A stretch of DNA of 62,045 nt, from assembly GCA_014379635.1 (NCBI GenBank), contig JACMLL010000033.1:1-62045 (forward strand), read 5' to 3'. Position numbers and translations under genes: made by a program. Source of the DNA: Candidatus Saccharimonadota bacterium (GTDB taxonomy: Bacteria > Patescibacteriota > Saccharimonadia > Saccharimonadales > Saccharimonadaceae). Below are positions 19,126 to 29,921 of this stretch, piece by piece. The notes beneath the pieces were generated by a model. The model made no database searches, was not told the DNA's origin, and saw only the letters and a program-made list of their open reading frames with translations. The first letter of the stretch is position 1; every line of letters begins with the position of its first letter.

Positions 19126-20370
19126 TCAGCTAAGTTTAGCAACCAGTTGCTCGCGTGTCAATAAGGAGGTTTCTCCAGTTTTTCTTTCGGTAAATTCGTA
19201 CTGTTCACTTTTAATCAACCGGTCACTCACAGTTACTCGATACGGCACACCGATTAGTTCACTGTCGGCAAATTTCTGACCAGGCCGAACATCGCGATCA
19301 TCATATAACACTTCTACTTTTTGAACCATTAGCTCATCATATAGCGCATCCGCGTGCTCGGTGGCCTCATCTCCGCCAATCCGCACCAAATACACCTTGG
19401 CTGGAGCAACATTTTCAGGCCAGACAAGTCCCTTGTCATCAGAAAAGTGTTCGGCGAGAAGCCCCATCACACGACTTGGACCAATCCCATAACTACCCAT
19501 AATAACTTTTTTGCTTGTACCGTCCTCATCGGTGAAGGCAAGGTCGAGTGCATCGCTAAATTTGGTTCCAAGCGTAAAGATATTGCCCATTTCAACCGCC
19601 GTCTTCTCTACCATCTCACTTCTTTCAAGACCTAGGTCAGCAAGAACTTCGTCGTTATAGACCTCTTCGTTGATTGCAATTCTTCGAGCCTCGTGAACAT
19701 AAATCTTGTCCTCACCCACGGGACTAACTGTTTGAAATTCATGGCTGTATTTCGCAAAGCTTCCACCACTAGCAAACGTTTTGTATGTCAGATCCCCCAG
19801 CCCCAATCGCTCAAAGATATGCAAATACACGTCACTTATCTTTTCATAAAATACATCGTGTTCATCCTGTGTACGACTAAAGCTATATAAGTCCTTCATC
19901 CAAAATTCTCGGCCACGCATCAAGCCACTTTTAGAACGCAGCTCATTACGAAACTTGATTTGGAATTGGTACGGATATACCGGCAGGTCTTTGTAGCTTT
20001 GAATATGATTTTTCATAAGCTGCGTCAGCGGCTCTTCGTGCGTCGGAGCCAGCCCTAACTCGCTCCCACTGGCAAGTTTTGTTTTAAACCACACATCCAT
20101 TACTTCGTCGTTCCAGCGGCCTGAAGCTTCCCAGACGTCTTTTTGTTGTAAGGCGGTCAAGCTGACCTCACTACCACCAACCGAGTTCATTTCCTCACGA
20201 ATAATGTTGATAATCTTATCCAAAACAATTTTACCGAGCGGCAGATAGGCGTACACGCCGGCCATTTCTTTATGAACAAAGCCGGCCCGTATCAAAAGCT
20301 GGGCATTTTTGGCCACTTCATCAGCCGGAGCTGTTTTGCTGGTTTTTGTAAATAAGTTTGTTAATCGCAT
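19126..20370 (-). CDS. proS: Proline--tRNA ligase (short, no editing insertion)
   Basis: LAPTHEE, KFRNELR..GLMRGREF.MKD.YSF, MGSYGIG, anticodon-binding domain. Confidence 0.95.
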   Translation of the reverse strand: MRLTNLFTKTSKTAPADEVAKNAQLLIRAGFVHKEMAGVYAYLPLGKIVLDKIINIIREEMNSVGGSEVSLTALQQKDVWEASGRWNDEVMDVWFKTKLASGSELGLAPTHEEPLTQLMKNHIQSYKDLPVYPYQFQIKFRNELRSKSGLMRGREFWMKDLYSFSRTQDEHDVFYEKISDVYLHIFERLGLGDLTYKTFASGGSFAKYSHEFQTVSPVGEDKIYVHEARRIAINEEVYNDEVLADLGLERSEMVEKTAVEMGNIFTLGTKFSDALDLAFTDEDGTSKKVIMGSYGIGPSRVMGLLAEHFSDDKGLVWPENVAPAKVYLVRIGGDEATEHADALYDELMVQKVEVLYDDRDVRPGQKFADSELIGVPYRVTVSDRLIKSEQYEFTERKTGETSLLTREQLVAKLS

Positions 20371-20372
20371 AA

Positions 20373-21116
20373 TTATCCTCCTAGTGTATTCAATAGTGTC
20401 GGATTAATAAAGAGGAAATAAAACGCAATCCCATTTTTTGTCATATGAAGAAGGATTGGCGCCCACAGACTACCGGTCGAAAGCCGAAGCAAACACAGCA
20501 CAATACTCAACGCAAATGTATCAATCGCCACGTTCCAGGCGCCATGGATAAAACCGAATAGCAAACTCGTGACAAGAATTGCAATCCAAATCGGTACGAA
20601 CTTTTTAAGTTTACCAAATAAATAGCCTCGAAACAGGACCTCCTCGGCGACGGGCGCGATGACCACGAGCGTAAGAAAGGCCAAGGCATATTCATAGCGC
20701 TGGCTTAATGATTCAAATCCCGTATTTTGTACCTCTGTCACGTCGAACCCAGATAGCAGTACTGTCGCCAAATAGATAAGCGCGGTAGAGATTAGAAAAT
20801 AAACAACTAGCCCAGCTGGCGCCGTCCAAATATCCATCCAAGTAGGAAGCCTGTGCAGGCCAAGGTCACTCAGTGTAGTGCGACGCTTTTTAATAATCCA
20901 AGGAAGTCCAATAACAAGACCAAGCGTCACGAGGTAAATAAGAGCTGCAGCTGCACTCGTCAGCAGATTCTCGTTAATAGCGCCAAGTGGTGATAAAGGT
21001 GAATTCGAGAGTAACCACAGTAAGCCCCCGACAAGCAGCTGAGCAGCCAAAAAGCCGCCAAAAATCCACCCAGGCAAAACAACTATCATCCACCATTTAG
21101 AAAAGTTTTGTAACAT
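20373..21116 (-). CDS. CPBP/CAAX (Abi) intramembrane metalloprotease
   Basis: APVAEEVLFRG, FGFIH, SLWAPILLH; multiple TM segments. Confidence 0.9.
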   Translation of the reverse strand: MLQNFSKWWMIVVLPGWIFGGFLAAQLLVGGLLWLLSNSPLSPLGAINENLLTSAAAALIYLVTLGLVIGLPWIIKKRRTTLSDLGLHRLPTWMDIWTAPAGLVVYFLISTALIYLATVLLSGFDVTEVQNTGFESLSQRYEYALAFLTLVVIAPVAEEVLFRGYLFGKLKKFVPIWIAILVTSLLFGFIHGAWNVAIDTFALSIVLCLLRLSTGSLWAPILLHMTKNGIAFYFLFINPTLLNTLGG

Positions 21117-22236
21117 CCGCAATCGTTATAAGGACGACAAGGCCCATTAATGTCAAGAAACCGACAGTTTGTATTTTCTCTTCACGCTCTTTGGTAAGTT
21201 GTTTTTTAGATACTCGAAACAAAGCAGTGACGAACCAGCGACCACCGTCAAGTGCAGGAATTGGCAAGGCATTCATAACAGCCAAAGTTAGCGAGATAAT
21301 CGCTGTCAAAAATACAAGTTGAGTTGGACCCGCTCGCTCGGCCTGCGGAAAAATAGTTCCCAAAATACCAATAGGACCCGCCACACTCTCGCCTACCGTT
21401 TTGAGATTTTTGCTTGCTTCACTGCGAGTTGACTGGTCTGGACTCAGCTGTAAAAATAGACCGCTGGCTAGATTACCGACAAGATTGCCAAGCCCTTGAA
21501 GTGTTGCCCAGGTGAATTGTCCAGTCGTCACGATGCCAACTATCGGAGCCGACCAAGTTGATTCTGTCAGTTGTCGCTGACCAAGACCGGCCCCAAATAA
21601 GCTACCCACTTTATCACTGCGGAGAGTAAGCCTTACCACAGACTCGGTGCCGCCACGTGCATATATTACATCTACGGGCTTGCCCTTGTTGAGCTTGGTC
21701 AGGTCAATCAGCGCCTGAACTGACGGTACTGCTTGCCCGGCAAAACGAATAATTGTATCCCCTTCTTTCAAACCAGCTTTTTGCGCAGGGTAATCAGGCA
21801 TAAGCATAGTAATCTCGACTGGCCGTTGTACTATCGCTGTATCGCTTGCAATCGTAAACTGATCCGGCAGTACTTTAGGTAATCCAGTAACAGCAAGAAC
21901 TGTTAGTAAGAGTGCGGCAACTACCCAGTTAGTAACGACTCCGGCCAACAAAATCTTGGTTTTTTGCCAAAAACTTGCCGCACCATAATCACCTTTACTA
22001 CTGGCGGCATCATGCTCGCCCTGAAGCTTCACAAAACCTCCAAGTGGCAGCCAGTTAAGGCTAAAAAGAACGCCGTTTTTTAGTTTTTTACTCCAGGCCC
22101 GTGGCGGAAATCCGACACCAAACTCTTCGACGACAACTCCGTTGCGACGGGCCACAATGGCATGTCCTAATTCATGAACTACTACCAAAAAAACCAGAAT
22201 TATCAAACCGAGAGCAATACCAACAATTAATTCCAT
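21097..22236 (-). CDS. rseP: Site-2 protease RseP (M50) with PDZ domain
   Basis: HELGH, PLGGFVKL, NALPIPALDGG. Confidence 0.93.
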   Translation of the reverse strand: MELIVGIALGLIILVFLVVVHELGHAIVARRNGVVVEEFGVGFPPRAWSKKLKNGVLFSLNWLPLGGFVKLQGEHDAASSKGDYGAASFWQKTKILLAGVVTNWVVAALLLTVLAVTGLPKVLPDQFTIASDTAIVQRPVEITMLMPDYPAQKAGLKEGDTIIRFAGQAVPSVQALIDLTKLNKGKPVDVIYARGGTESVVRLTLRSDKVGSLFGAGLGQRQLTESTWSAPIVGIVTTGQFTWATLQGLGNLVGNLASGLFLQLSPDQSTRSEASKNLKTVGESVAGPIGILGTIFPQAERAGPTQLVFLTAIISLTLAVMNALPIPALDGGRWFVTALFRVSKKQLTKEREEKIQTVGFLTLMGLVVLITIADVTKLF

Positions 22237-22926
22237 TTATCCCCCAAAACGCCGTGCGCGCGTGCTATATTCTTTTAGTATATCGGTTACATCCTCTTTT
22301 GTCATATCTGGCCACAGTTTATCAAGGAATAACAGTTCGGCGTAAGCCGATCGCCATAGCATAAAGTTAGATAAGCGGTGCTCCCCGCTTGATCGAACAA
22401 TCAAATCGAGTGCTGGTAAACCTGGTTCATAGAGGTTGTTTTCAATTAATTCGGGAGTTATTTCATCACTGGCGACGCCCGACTGAACAATTTTTTTAAC
22501 CGCATCTGCAATTTCGATTTGTCCGCCGTAATTAAAGCAGACCGCAAGTGTCCCACCGGTGTTATCGGCTGTTTGAGCTTCGGCATCAATAATTGCCTTG
22601 AGGATTTTCTTATCAACTCGATCAAGCGAACCAAGCACTTTAAGCTTGATGTTGTTATCGTTGAATATATGCAAGTCAGACGTCAGCAAGCGCAGCACAA
22701 GCCCCATCAATTTACTGACCTCGTCTTCGCTCCGTTTCCAGTTTTCGGTACTAAAAATATAGGCAGAAACATACTCAACACCGGCGTCAAACGTCGCTTT
22801 AGTAACTTCATGGATAGCATTATAGCCAGCCAAATGGCCTTCGTACGCCGGAAGACCGTGTTTTTTAGCCCAGCGACGATTACCGTCAACAATAAAACCT
22901 ATATGGCGAGGGGTAAAATCAGCCAT
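22237..22926 (-). CDS. uppS: Undecaprenyl (polyprenyl) diphosphate synthase
   Basis: HIGFIVDGNRRWA, FSTENW.R, RSSGEHRLSNF. Confidence 0.96.
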   Translation of the reverse strand: MADFTPRHIGFIVDGNRRWAKKHGLPAYEGHLAGYNAIHEVTKATFDAGVEYVSAYIFSTENWKRSEDEVSKLMGLVLRLLTSDLHIFNDNNIKLKVLGSLDRVDKKILKAIIDAEAQTADNTGGTLAVCFNYGGQIEIADAVKKIVQSGVASDEITPELIENNLYEPGLPALDLIVRSSGEHRLSNFMLWRSAYAELLFLDKLWPDMTKEDVTDILKEYSTRARRFGG

Positions 22927-23480
22927 TAGATTGTTAGAATATCTTTTTCTTTGGCTCTAAAAATTACATCGATTTTGCTGTTGTACGAGCCAATGTCATC
23001 GTCAATCCCTTTTTCAATTCGTTTGACGTCATCTTCGGATAGTTCTTTGTTCTCTTTTTTGCGCTTAGCATCTTTTAGGGCGTCCTGACGGATGTTGCGC
23101 AGGGCAATACGAGCTTCCTCAACCTTATCGCCTGTTTGCTTAACCAATTGGCGACGACGTTCTTCGGTCAGAGACGGAACCGAAACGCGTACAATACGGC
23201 CATCATCGCTTGGATTAAATCCGAGCGACTGGTCAGCCCGGATTGCTGCAGCAATAAGTTGTACATTACTCGGATCAAACGGTGTTACCTGAAGTAGCTG
23301 CGGCTCAGGTGCTGTAATGTTAGCCACTTGGTTAAGCGGTGTCTTTTGCCCGTAGACTTCGACCAAAATACCGTCGAGCATGGCTGGATGCGAGCGTCCG
23401 GTGCGAACTTTTTTTAACTCTTCTTCAAAATGAGCGATTGCCAGCTCAAACTTTTCCTCATATGGCTTGGTATCAAACAT
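22926..23480 (-). CDS. frr: Ribosome recycling factor
   Basis: VRTGR, LTEERRRQLVK, RNIRQDA. Confidence 0.96.
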   Translation of the reverse strand: MFDTKPYEEKFELAIAHFEEELKKVRTGRSHPAMLDGILVEVYGQKTPLNQVANITAPEPQLLQVTPFDPSNVQLIAAAIRADQSLGFNPSDDGRIVRVSVPSLTEERRRQLVKQTGDKVEEARIALRNIRQDALKDAKRKKENKELSEDDVKRIEKGIDDDIGSYNSKIDVIFRAKEKDILTI

Positions 23481-23513
23481 AGTCCTCTTTTCTTACTTTG
23501 TCTTAATTATAGC

Positions 23514-23543
23514 AAAAATCGCCCCTTTCGGAGCGATTTTTTT
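23514..23543 (-). terminator. Intrinsic terminator after tsf
   Basis: AAAAATCGCCCC-TTTC-GGAGCGATTTTT. Confidence 0.7.
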
Positions 23544-23563
23544 CACCTAACAGTAGTTTGGTC

Positions 23564-24160
23564 TTATTCTGTAACGCCGAGCTCAATGCGTTTGAACTGA
23601 CGAATTACAATGTTTTCACCGAGAATGGCGACGTTTTCTTTCAAAAAATCGTTAACGGTCTGTTTGTCGTTTTTGATGTAGGTTTGGTTAAGCAGGACTT
23701 TTTCATCAAAGTTCTTCTTTACCTGACCAGCCACGATCTTTTCAGCGATAGCCGCCGGTTTGCCTTCGGCTTTGACACGTTCGTGAGATTCACTCCGAAC
23801 ACGCTCCAATTCTTCGGCTGGAATATCGGCTTCACTGACATAGATAGGTGCCATCGCAGCAATCTGCAATGCAATTTCATGGGCGAAAGTCTTGAAAGTA
23901 TCAAGACGGGCCACGAAATCAGTCTCGCAGTTTACTTCAACCAAAACACCAATACGTCCGCTGTGAACATAGCTATCGATAATTCCTTCGCGCGCTTCAC
24001 GATCGCCTTTTTTCTCGGCTTTAGTAACGCCTTTTTTGCGCAACGCTTCGAGGGCTTTATCAAAGTTACCTTCCGCGTCAACCAGCGCAGCCTTGGCGTC
24101 GGTCAAGCCGATACCGGTGAGTTCTTTGAGTTTCTTAATGTCGTCAATTGATACGCCCAT
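23564..24160 (-). CDS. tsf: Elongation factor Ts (short, 198 aa)
   Basis: IKKLKELTG, EVNCETDFVA. Confidence 0.96.
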   Translation of the reverse strand: MGVSIDDIKKLKELTGIGLTDAKAALVDAEGNFDKALEALRKKGVTKAEKKGDREAREGIIDSYVHSGRIGVLVEVNCETDFVARLDTFKTFAHEIALQIAAMAPIYVSEADIPAEELERVRSESHERVKAEGKPAAIAEKIVAGQVKKNFDEKVLLNQTYIKNDKQTVNDFLKENVAILGENIVIRQFKRIELGVTE

Positions 24161-24162
24161 CG

Positions 24163-24891
24163 TTATTTCTCCTCTTTGACAGCTTCTTTATCGGCTGCTT
24201 TTTCAGCACCTGCGCCTTCGCGGACTGCAGCAGCGACATAATCAAGTAACAGTTGAACACCCTTGATAGCATCGTCGTTGCCAGGAATAACATAGTCAAT
24301 CAGTGATGGGTCAGCGTTGGTATCAACCACGGCTACAATAGGAACGCCGAGCGTTTTGGATTCCTTGATGGCATTGATATCACCAATCACGTCGATTACA
24401 AATAAGGCACCTGGTTTACCGTTAAGGTCTTTAATGCCTCCGTATTTACCGTTCAATTCGTCAATATCTTCTTGGAAGCGCTGGACTTCAAGTTTGTTAT
24501 AACGCTTCTCAAGGTCACCTGACACCATACGTTTTTCAAGATCTTTCAGTTTCTTGATTTGTTGACCGACTGTCGCGACATTTGTCAAAATTCCACCAAG
24601 CCATCGTTCGGTCACATATGGTTGATTCAACGATTCAGCTGTTGTGCGCACGATTTCTTTGGTGTGCTTTTTTGTGCCTACAAACAAAATTTGCTTGCCG
24701 CTGCTTACAACGCTCGTCAAAAATGGAAGCGCGCTGTCGAGGCCTTCGACGGTCTTTGTCAGATCAATAATGTGACTGTCCTGACGTTTGCTATGGATGT
24801 ATGGCGCCATTTTAGGGTGCCAACGGCTGGTCTTGTGACCAAAGTGTACGCCTGCTTCAAGCAGGGCTTTAATATCGACAGTTACTGCCAT
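24163..24891 (-). CDS. rpsB: 30S ribosomal protein S2
   Basis: LLEAGVHFGH, RWLGG.LTN, VDTNADP, PGNDDA. Confidence 0.98.
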   Translation of the reverse strand: MAVTVDIKALLEAGVHFGHKTSRWHPKMAPYIHSKRQDSHIIDLTKTVEGLDSALPFLTSVVSSGKQILFVGTKKHTKEIVRTTAESLNQPYVTERWLGGILTNVATVGQQIKKLKDLEKRMVSGDLEKRYNKLEVQRFQEDIDELNGKYGGIKDLNGKPGALFVIDVIGDINAIKESKTLGVPIVAVVDTNADPSLIDYVIPGNDDAIKGVQLLLDYVAAAVREGAGAEKAADKEAVKEEK

Positions 24892-24899
24892 GATGTTTT

Positions 24900-24965
24900 G
24901 AACTCCTTTTTCCTCACCCGCGCGCCTGATGGTTTCAGGAGTGGTGTTGCGCGAGCTGTGTCGTT
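24900..24965 (-). promoter_or_regulatory. Structured rpsB leader, probable S2 autoregulatory element
   Basis: CTCGCGC/GCGCGGG stem enclosing a CCTGA-AACCA-TCAGG hairpin just upstream of the RBS; function inferred from position. Confidence 0.45.
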
Positions 24966-25024
24966 AAAATAATTTACCTTGTGAGTATAACCCCTTGGGC
25001 AATAAATTTCAAGAGCCGCCACCT

Positions 25025-25053
25025 TTGACAAGTCACGCAAAAACAGATACAAT
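25025..25053 (+). promoter_or_regulatory. Promoter of rpmE2
   Basis: TTGACA-17 nt-TACAAT, 10 nt before ATG 25064. Confidence 0.75.
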
Positions 25054-25063
25054 AGCTCAGATT

Positions 25064-25390
25064 ATGAAAACTAACCTACACCCAACCGAATATCGTCCCG
25101 TCGTATTTAGCGATGACGTGGCTGGGTTTGCTTTTTTGACTCAGTCAACGACGCAGACCACCGACACTATTAAATGGGAAGATGGCAACGAGTACCCACT
25201 AGTCAAAGTCCACATCTCAAGCGCCTCTCACCCGTTCTTCACTGGTGAAGAGAAAATTATCGACACCGAAGGCCGTGTCGACCGTTACAAAGCGAAATTT
25301 GCCGCTGCAGAGTCTCGAAAAACTGCTCTGGCCAGCAAAGCCAAAAAAGCTGCTGCCGTTAAAGCTAAAAAAGCTAATATCGAGCAATAA
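25064..25390 (+). CDS. rpmE2: 50S ribosomal protein L31 type B (Cys-free) with Ala/Lys-rich tail
   Basis: [27 protein letters not shown]. Confidence 0.93.
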   Translation: MKTNLHPTEYRPVVFSDDVAGFAFLTQSTTQTTDTIKWEDGNEYPLVKVHISSASHPFFTGEEKIIDTEGRVDRYKAKFAAAESRKTALASKAKKAAAVKAKKANIEQ

Positions 25391-25399
25391 TACAGCTCC

Positions 25400-25432
25400 T
25401 AAAAAGAGACTACTTTACGTAGTCTCTTTTTA
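25400..25432 (+). terminator. Intrinsic terminator after rpmE2
   Basis: AAAAAGAGACTAC-TTTAC-GTAGTCTCTTTTT. Confidence 0.75.
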
Positions 25433-25454
25433 TATGCGATAATATAAGGAACTT

Positions 25455-26525
25455 ATGCCAAAGATCAGCCTCAACATCGACGAACTCCAAACTGAGCAAA
25501 AACAGCTCGGTGACTTTTTAGCTCGTCCCGATGCGTACGCCAGCGACGACTACACCATCAAGAACAAACGCTTCACCGAGCTTGAGGCGATCTTGGAAAA
25601 AGCCGTCCTGCGAGAAACCCTCGAAGCACAGCTAGTCGAGGCCAAAGCCCTTATGGGCGGCAGCGACGAACTGGCAGAACTGGCCAAGCTTGAAGTGAGC
25701 GATATCGATGGCCGATTAGAACAACTCGAGAACGACTTATTTATCATGTTGGCCCCAAAAGATCCAAACGATGAAAAGAACGTAATTATCGAAATTCGCG
25801 CCGGTGCCGGTGGCGACGAAGCCAGTTTGTTTGCGGCCGAACTATACCGGATGTATTTGCGTTACTGCGAGACCCACTCGCTCCGAACCGAACTTATTAG
25901 CGAAAGCGCCAACGATACCGGCGGCTACAAAGAAGTTATTTTTAGCGTCAAAGGCGATAGTCCCTACTCGAAGCTTAAGTTCGAATCTGGCGTTCACCGT
26001 GTCCAACGAGTTCCAGCGACCGAATCCCAGGGTCGGATTCATACCAGCACCGTGACCGTTGCAGTCTTACCTGAAGCGGCCGAGACTGATGTCGAGATTA
26101 ATGCCAACGAACTTAAAATCGATGTTTACCGGGCTGGTGGCCATGGCGGCCAATCCGTTAATACCACCGACAGTGCCGTTCGTATCACCCACCTGCCAAC
26201 TGGCCTGGTCGTCACCAACCAAGACGAGAAATCACAAATTAAAAACAAAGAAAAAGCTATGAGCGTACTACGTAGCCGCCTGTTACAAGCGAAACTCGAC
26301 GAAGAACGTTCAACGCTAGACGCCCAACGTCGCAGCCTGATTGGTAGTGGCGATCGCAGCGAAAAAATCCGCACCTATAACTTCCCACAAGACCGAATCA
26401 CCGATCACCGCATCGGCTACAGCCGCAGCGGCATCCCGCAGGCCATGAACGGCGCGATTGAGGACCTAATCGAGCATTTACAAGCCTATGAACGCGAACT
26501 CGCTGCCGCCAGTGCTAGTAATTAA
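25455..26525 (+). CDS. prfA: Peptide chain release factor 1
   Basis: [15 protein letters not shown] (PAT motif), [17 protein letters not shown]. Confidence 0.97.
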   Translation: MPKISLNIDELQTEQKQLGDFLARPDAYASDDYTIKNKRFTELEAILEKAVLRETLEAQLVEAKALMGGSDELAELAKLEVSDIDGRLEQLENDLFIMLAPKDPNDEKNVIIEIRAGAGGDEASLFAAELYRMYLRYCETHSLRTELISESANDTGGYKEVIFSVKGDSPYSKLKFESGVHRVQRVPATESQGRIHTSTVTVAVLPEAAETDVEINANELKIDVYRAGGHGGQSVNTTDSAVRITHLPTGLVVTNQDEKSQIKNKEKAMSVLRSRLLQAKLDEERSTLDAQRRSLIGSGDRSEKIRTYNFPQDRITDHRIGYSRSGIPQAMNGAIEDLIEHLQAYERELAAASASN

Positions 26526-27342
26526 TAGCTGGCTCCAGTCTGCTTCTAGCCAGCTGAAAGCAGCTAATATAGCAAGTGCGCACTTAGATGCCGAGCTTAT
26601 TCTGGCCCATACCTTACGAAAAAATCGAACCTATCTTCATGCCCACTCTGACGACATATTAGAACCCCGCGTTCAGGAAATTGCCGATGCCAGGCTGGCG
26701 CTTCGACTCGACCACGTCCCTATTGCCTATATTGTTGGCTACAAAGAATTTTACGGTCGCCGTTTCTCGGTGACCACCGACACGCTTATTCCCCGTCCCG
26801 AATCAGAGAGTATCATCGACTCATTAAAAGAGCTCGTACCTGACAATTTGCTTCCATTTAACGGCACGAGGTTGCGCCTGGTCGATGTTGGAACCGGCAG
26901 TGGCTGTCTTGGCATTACCGCAAAGCTCGAGTTGCCAGAGCTAGAGGTAACGCTGATGGATATCAGCCTCCCTGCCCTCACGGTCGCCACAACCAACGCT
27001 AAGCGACTGCACGCCAACGTCACGATACGTAAAAGTGATTTATTGCAAAACTATCCTCTGCCCGCAGACGTTATTGTCGCCAACCTGCCCTACGTCGACC
27101 CTTTGTGGGAGCGTTCACCCGATACCAACCACGAGCCCACTCTTGCTCTTTTTGCAGATGACGGAGGTAAAGCTCTTATCAATAAACTCATCGACCAGTC
27201 AGTTGCTATCCTCAACCCACAAGGCCTGCTTCTACTCGAAGCTGATCCGCAGCAGCATGCTCCAATTATTGCCTTTGCTGGTCAAAAAGGCTTTCAACTT
27301 GTCAGGAAACAGGAATACTGTATCGCATTAAAATTGTCTTAG
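26488..27342 (+). CDS. prmC: Release factor glutamine methyltransferase PrmC/HemK
   Basis: [22 protein letters not shown]; follows prfA; exact start uncertain. Confidence 0.93.
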   Translation: MNANSLPPVLVINSWLQSASSQLKAANIASAHLDAELILAHTLRKNRTYLHAHSDDILEPRVQEIADARLALRLDHVPIAYIVGYKEFYGRRFSVTTDTLIPRPESESIIDSLKELVPDNLLPFNGTRLRLVDVGTGSGCLGITAKLELPELEVTLMDISLPALTVATTNAKRLHANVTIRKSDLLQNYPLPADVIVANLPYVDPLWERSPDTNHEPTLALFADDGGKALINKLIDQSVAILNPQGLLLLEADPQQHAPIIAFAGQKGFQLVRKQEYCIALKLS

Positions 27343-28148
27343 ATGCCGATAGTAACGTTTGCACCACCCCATAAATTGAGGACTATAGGCACTATCACGA
27401 TAATACTAATTGTAAATAACACGGGCAGAATAATATCATTACCACGAATTTTTTGATGATGATAGTACGAATCGTAGCACTGTTGTAATATAAACCCAAT
27501 ACACAGAACCGTCAGGGACACCCGTGGCAGAAGCACGCTTTCACTACCCAGGCTATAGGCAATTGTCCAATGATAAGCCAGCCAGCCGAGCTCAGCCATC
27601 ACAAGGCCCCACAATAAGCTCAGAAACAAAATATGAGTCTCGTTATAACTTGCCAACACGTGATGCGCAGTGGCGAAGCCAATCAACCACATCAGTACCA
27701 CCACCGTTGAAGCCGGCCAACCGTACGAAATTGTGTACAGGGCGGCAACACCCGCAGATAAAGCGACGCCAGCCTGTAGGGCAACGTATAGCCTTTTCGA
27801 TTGTGGTTTTAAAAATAGCAGCCAACAGATATAAAGTAATGTAAACACCCCCAGAATGAATACCTTTTGAAAGCCGCCGACGTTGCTAATATATGTCGTA
27901 TACAAAAATACAACCAGACTAATACTGACGATGAAATCAACCAAATTCGCCTGCACGTTCACAAACCAGTATCTTGGCTTAACAGCCAGCACTCTCCACT
28001 TACTTAGGAATATCAAGCCAACCGCAGGCCACGGAGATTCGGTTGCCCGTATCACGAGCACCACAACTATCGCCAACCCAATGTTTAGACCAATATAGAC
28101 AATTTCACTTAAAAGCGATCGACGGCGAGCATTCTTTAAAAATTCCAT
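27339..28148 (-). CDS. Hypothetical polytopic membrane protein
   Basis: About 8 hydrophobic segments; TGGTATAAT upstream. Confidence 0.8.
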   Translation of the reverse strand: MEFLKNARRRSLLSEIVYIGLNIGLAIVVVLVIRATESPWPAVGLIFLSKWRVLAVKPRYWFVNVQANLVDFIVSISLVVFLYTTYISNVGGFQKVFILGVFTLLYICWLLFLKPQSKRLYVALQAGVALSAGVAALYTISYGWPASTVVVLMWLIGFATAHHVLASYNETHILFLSLLWGLVMAELGWLAYHWTIAYSLGSESVLLPRVSLTVLCIGFILQQCYDSYYHHQKIRGNDIILPVLFTISIIVIVPIVLNLWGGANVTIGI

Positions 28149-28183
28149 AATTATCTATTATTATACCACGCAACAACCGTTGC

Positions 28184-29818
28184 TTACTTCTGTGAACTTA
28201 CAACGATTACGACAAAGCTCGTGTCTACATCGACAACCACTGGTGGTGTTGTTGTTTTAATTATTGCTTTGGGATAAAATTCTTTCAACTTAGCGATAGT
28301 TGCCGTCTTTGAAGCATCAATTTGATATATTTCTATACCGTTATAGGTTCCTTCAGGAGCATTATCAACTGCGGAAATAATGAAGCCTTTAGCCCGAAGC
28401 CTGTCAGCCTGTGCCTGGCCGGCACCTTCAACGCCCGAACCGTTCAAGACGACAATGCCAGCTTTTTCGCGCGTCACAGGATTGCTTGAAAGAGTTTCGT
28501 CGATAAAGGCTCGAATATCATCGTAGTCAAAAATACCCGCGGACGGCATAACCACACTGGCGCCATTATAGTTACCTGATTTGACAACACTCTTGTCGTC
28601 ATCAAATAGGCTAATACTTTTAATATTGTCAGCTTTTATTTCAGCACCGAGCTTCATGAGTGTCTGAATTTCTCCGGTCTGGATATTCGTACGTAGGTTC
28701 TGACCAAGCGCGTCAATCAGACTAGTCACTTTCGAAAGGTTCGTTAGTGTACCGGTTGTGACGGCCTTTTCCTTCAGCGCAATAATAATCTTTTGTTGAT
28801 TCTTTTCGCGATCAAAGTTGGAGTTACCGAGGCCGTACGTTGGCGCAATGTCGCCGCGTGCCATTGCGAGGTAGAGGGCATGCGCCCCATCAAGATGATG
28901 GACGCCGTTCGTATACTTCACCAGATTGCACTTATATTTACAGCGCCAGTCAAAGTTTGTATCGTAAACACCAGGATCGCCATTGCTGCCTTGAATGTTA
29001 ACATCAACCCCACCCACTGCATCGACGGCATCTTTAATAACGGTATTATTAACGTGAATACCGTATTGAATATCAACGCCAACAATATCCCCAACAAAAG
29101 CTTGCGTTTGGCTCAGGCGCTCTTGTTCGGCGTCATTACTGCCGTAATTATCATTAACACAGTTAAAATATTCGTTAATCTTGCCCTCATAGCCGCTGTT
29201 GCAGGCCATACCGTATTTAACATACAAATCACGCGGAATACTAAACATATAAGCATTCTTTTTGGTTTGGTCGACGCTAAGCACCATCATCGAGTCGGTC
29301 AAAAACGCCCCACCGTGCCCAGGATCATCCTCTGATGTACCCAAAATAAGAAAATTACTACGGCCATCGCTATCTTGTTTTAGCGTTTGACTTTGCAAAA
29401 TATCGAAAATACTACCTCTAAAAATATTACCTCCAGCCAAGAATGTCTTGAAGGCCAGCCAGCCGGCTGCTATTACCCCTATGATAACGAGTGTAATGAA
29501 GAAACCTCTAAGAATTCGTCGCAACTTGCTGCGTGGTTGAGACTGCTTAGCCAGCCGACGACGTTGGCGACGGCTGATAGCTTTGGCTGGTGGCTCAGAC
29601 GTATCAATTTCACGAAGTGATTCGTCTATGTCCGATCGGCCTATCGCTTGGCTCGTGCGTGCCTCACCGACGCTTTGGCGGACGCGATTACCTGTATGTA
29701 GCGACCTGTTAACGGACCCAGCATTAGCTGATGGACGTTTGGTGCGATGGAAATCGCCCAATTGGCTGCCATTTCGCCTGGGGACAAATCCATCAATAGA
29801 TGGTCGTTTATTTTTCAT
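28184..29818 (-). CDS. LCP (LytR-CpsA-Psr) family protein with LytR_C domain
   Basis: TM segment, NFLILG, TDSMM, SIPRD, FDREKNQQ, C-terminal VVLNGSG..G. Confidence 0.92.
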   Translation of the reverse strand: MKNKRPSIDGFVPRRNGSQLGDFHRTKRPSANAGSVNRSLHTGNRVRQSVGEARTSQAIGRSDIDESLREIDTSEPPAKAISRRQRRRLAKQSQPRSKLRRILRGFFITLVIIGVIAAGWLAFKTFLAGGNIFRGSIFDILQSQTLKQDSDGRSNFLILGTSEDDPGHGGAFLTDSMMVLSVDQTKKNAYMFSIPRDLYVKYGMACNSGYEGKINEYFNCVNDNYGSNDAEQERLSQTQAFVGDIVGVDIQYGIHVNNTVIKDAVDAVGGVDVNIQGSNGDPGVYDTNFDWRCKYKCNLVKYTNGVHHLDGAHALYLAMARGDIAPTYGLGNSNFDREKNQQKIIIALKEKAVTTGTLTNLSKVTSLIDALGQNLRTNIQTGEIQTLMKLGAEIKADNIKSISLFDDDKSVVKSGNYNGASVVMPSAGIFDYDDIRAFIDETLSSNPVTREKAGIVVLNGSGVEGAGQAQADRLRAKGFIISAVDNAPEGTYNGIEIYQIDASKTATIAKLKEFYPKAIIKTTTPPVVVDVDTSFVVIVVSSQK

Positions 29819-29921
29819 GAATACTCATACCACTATACCTAATTTGGCCGATATTTTGAAGACCAAAAATCATAAGTAGCTTCTACCCCTCTCTATTGAA
29901 ATCGTGTATAGTTAATACCAC

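Noticed and set aside
18589..19164. 191-aa + strand ORF
   Set aside because: Antisense to greA; no independent coding signal.
23558..24151. 197-aa + strand ORF
   Set aside because: Antisense shadow of tsf; no recognisable motif.
28793..29335. 180-aa + strand ORF and other short ORFs nested in long genes
   Set aside because: Antisense or alternate-frame shadows of well-supported genes.
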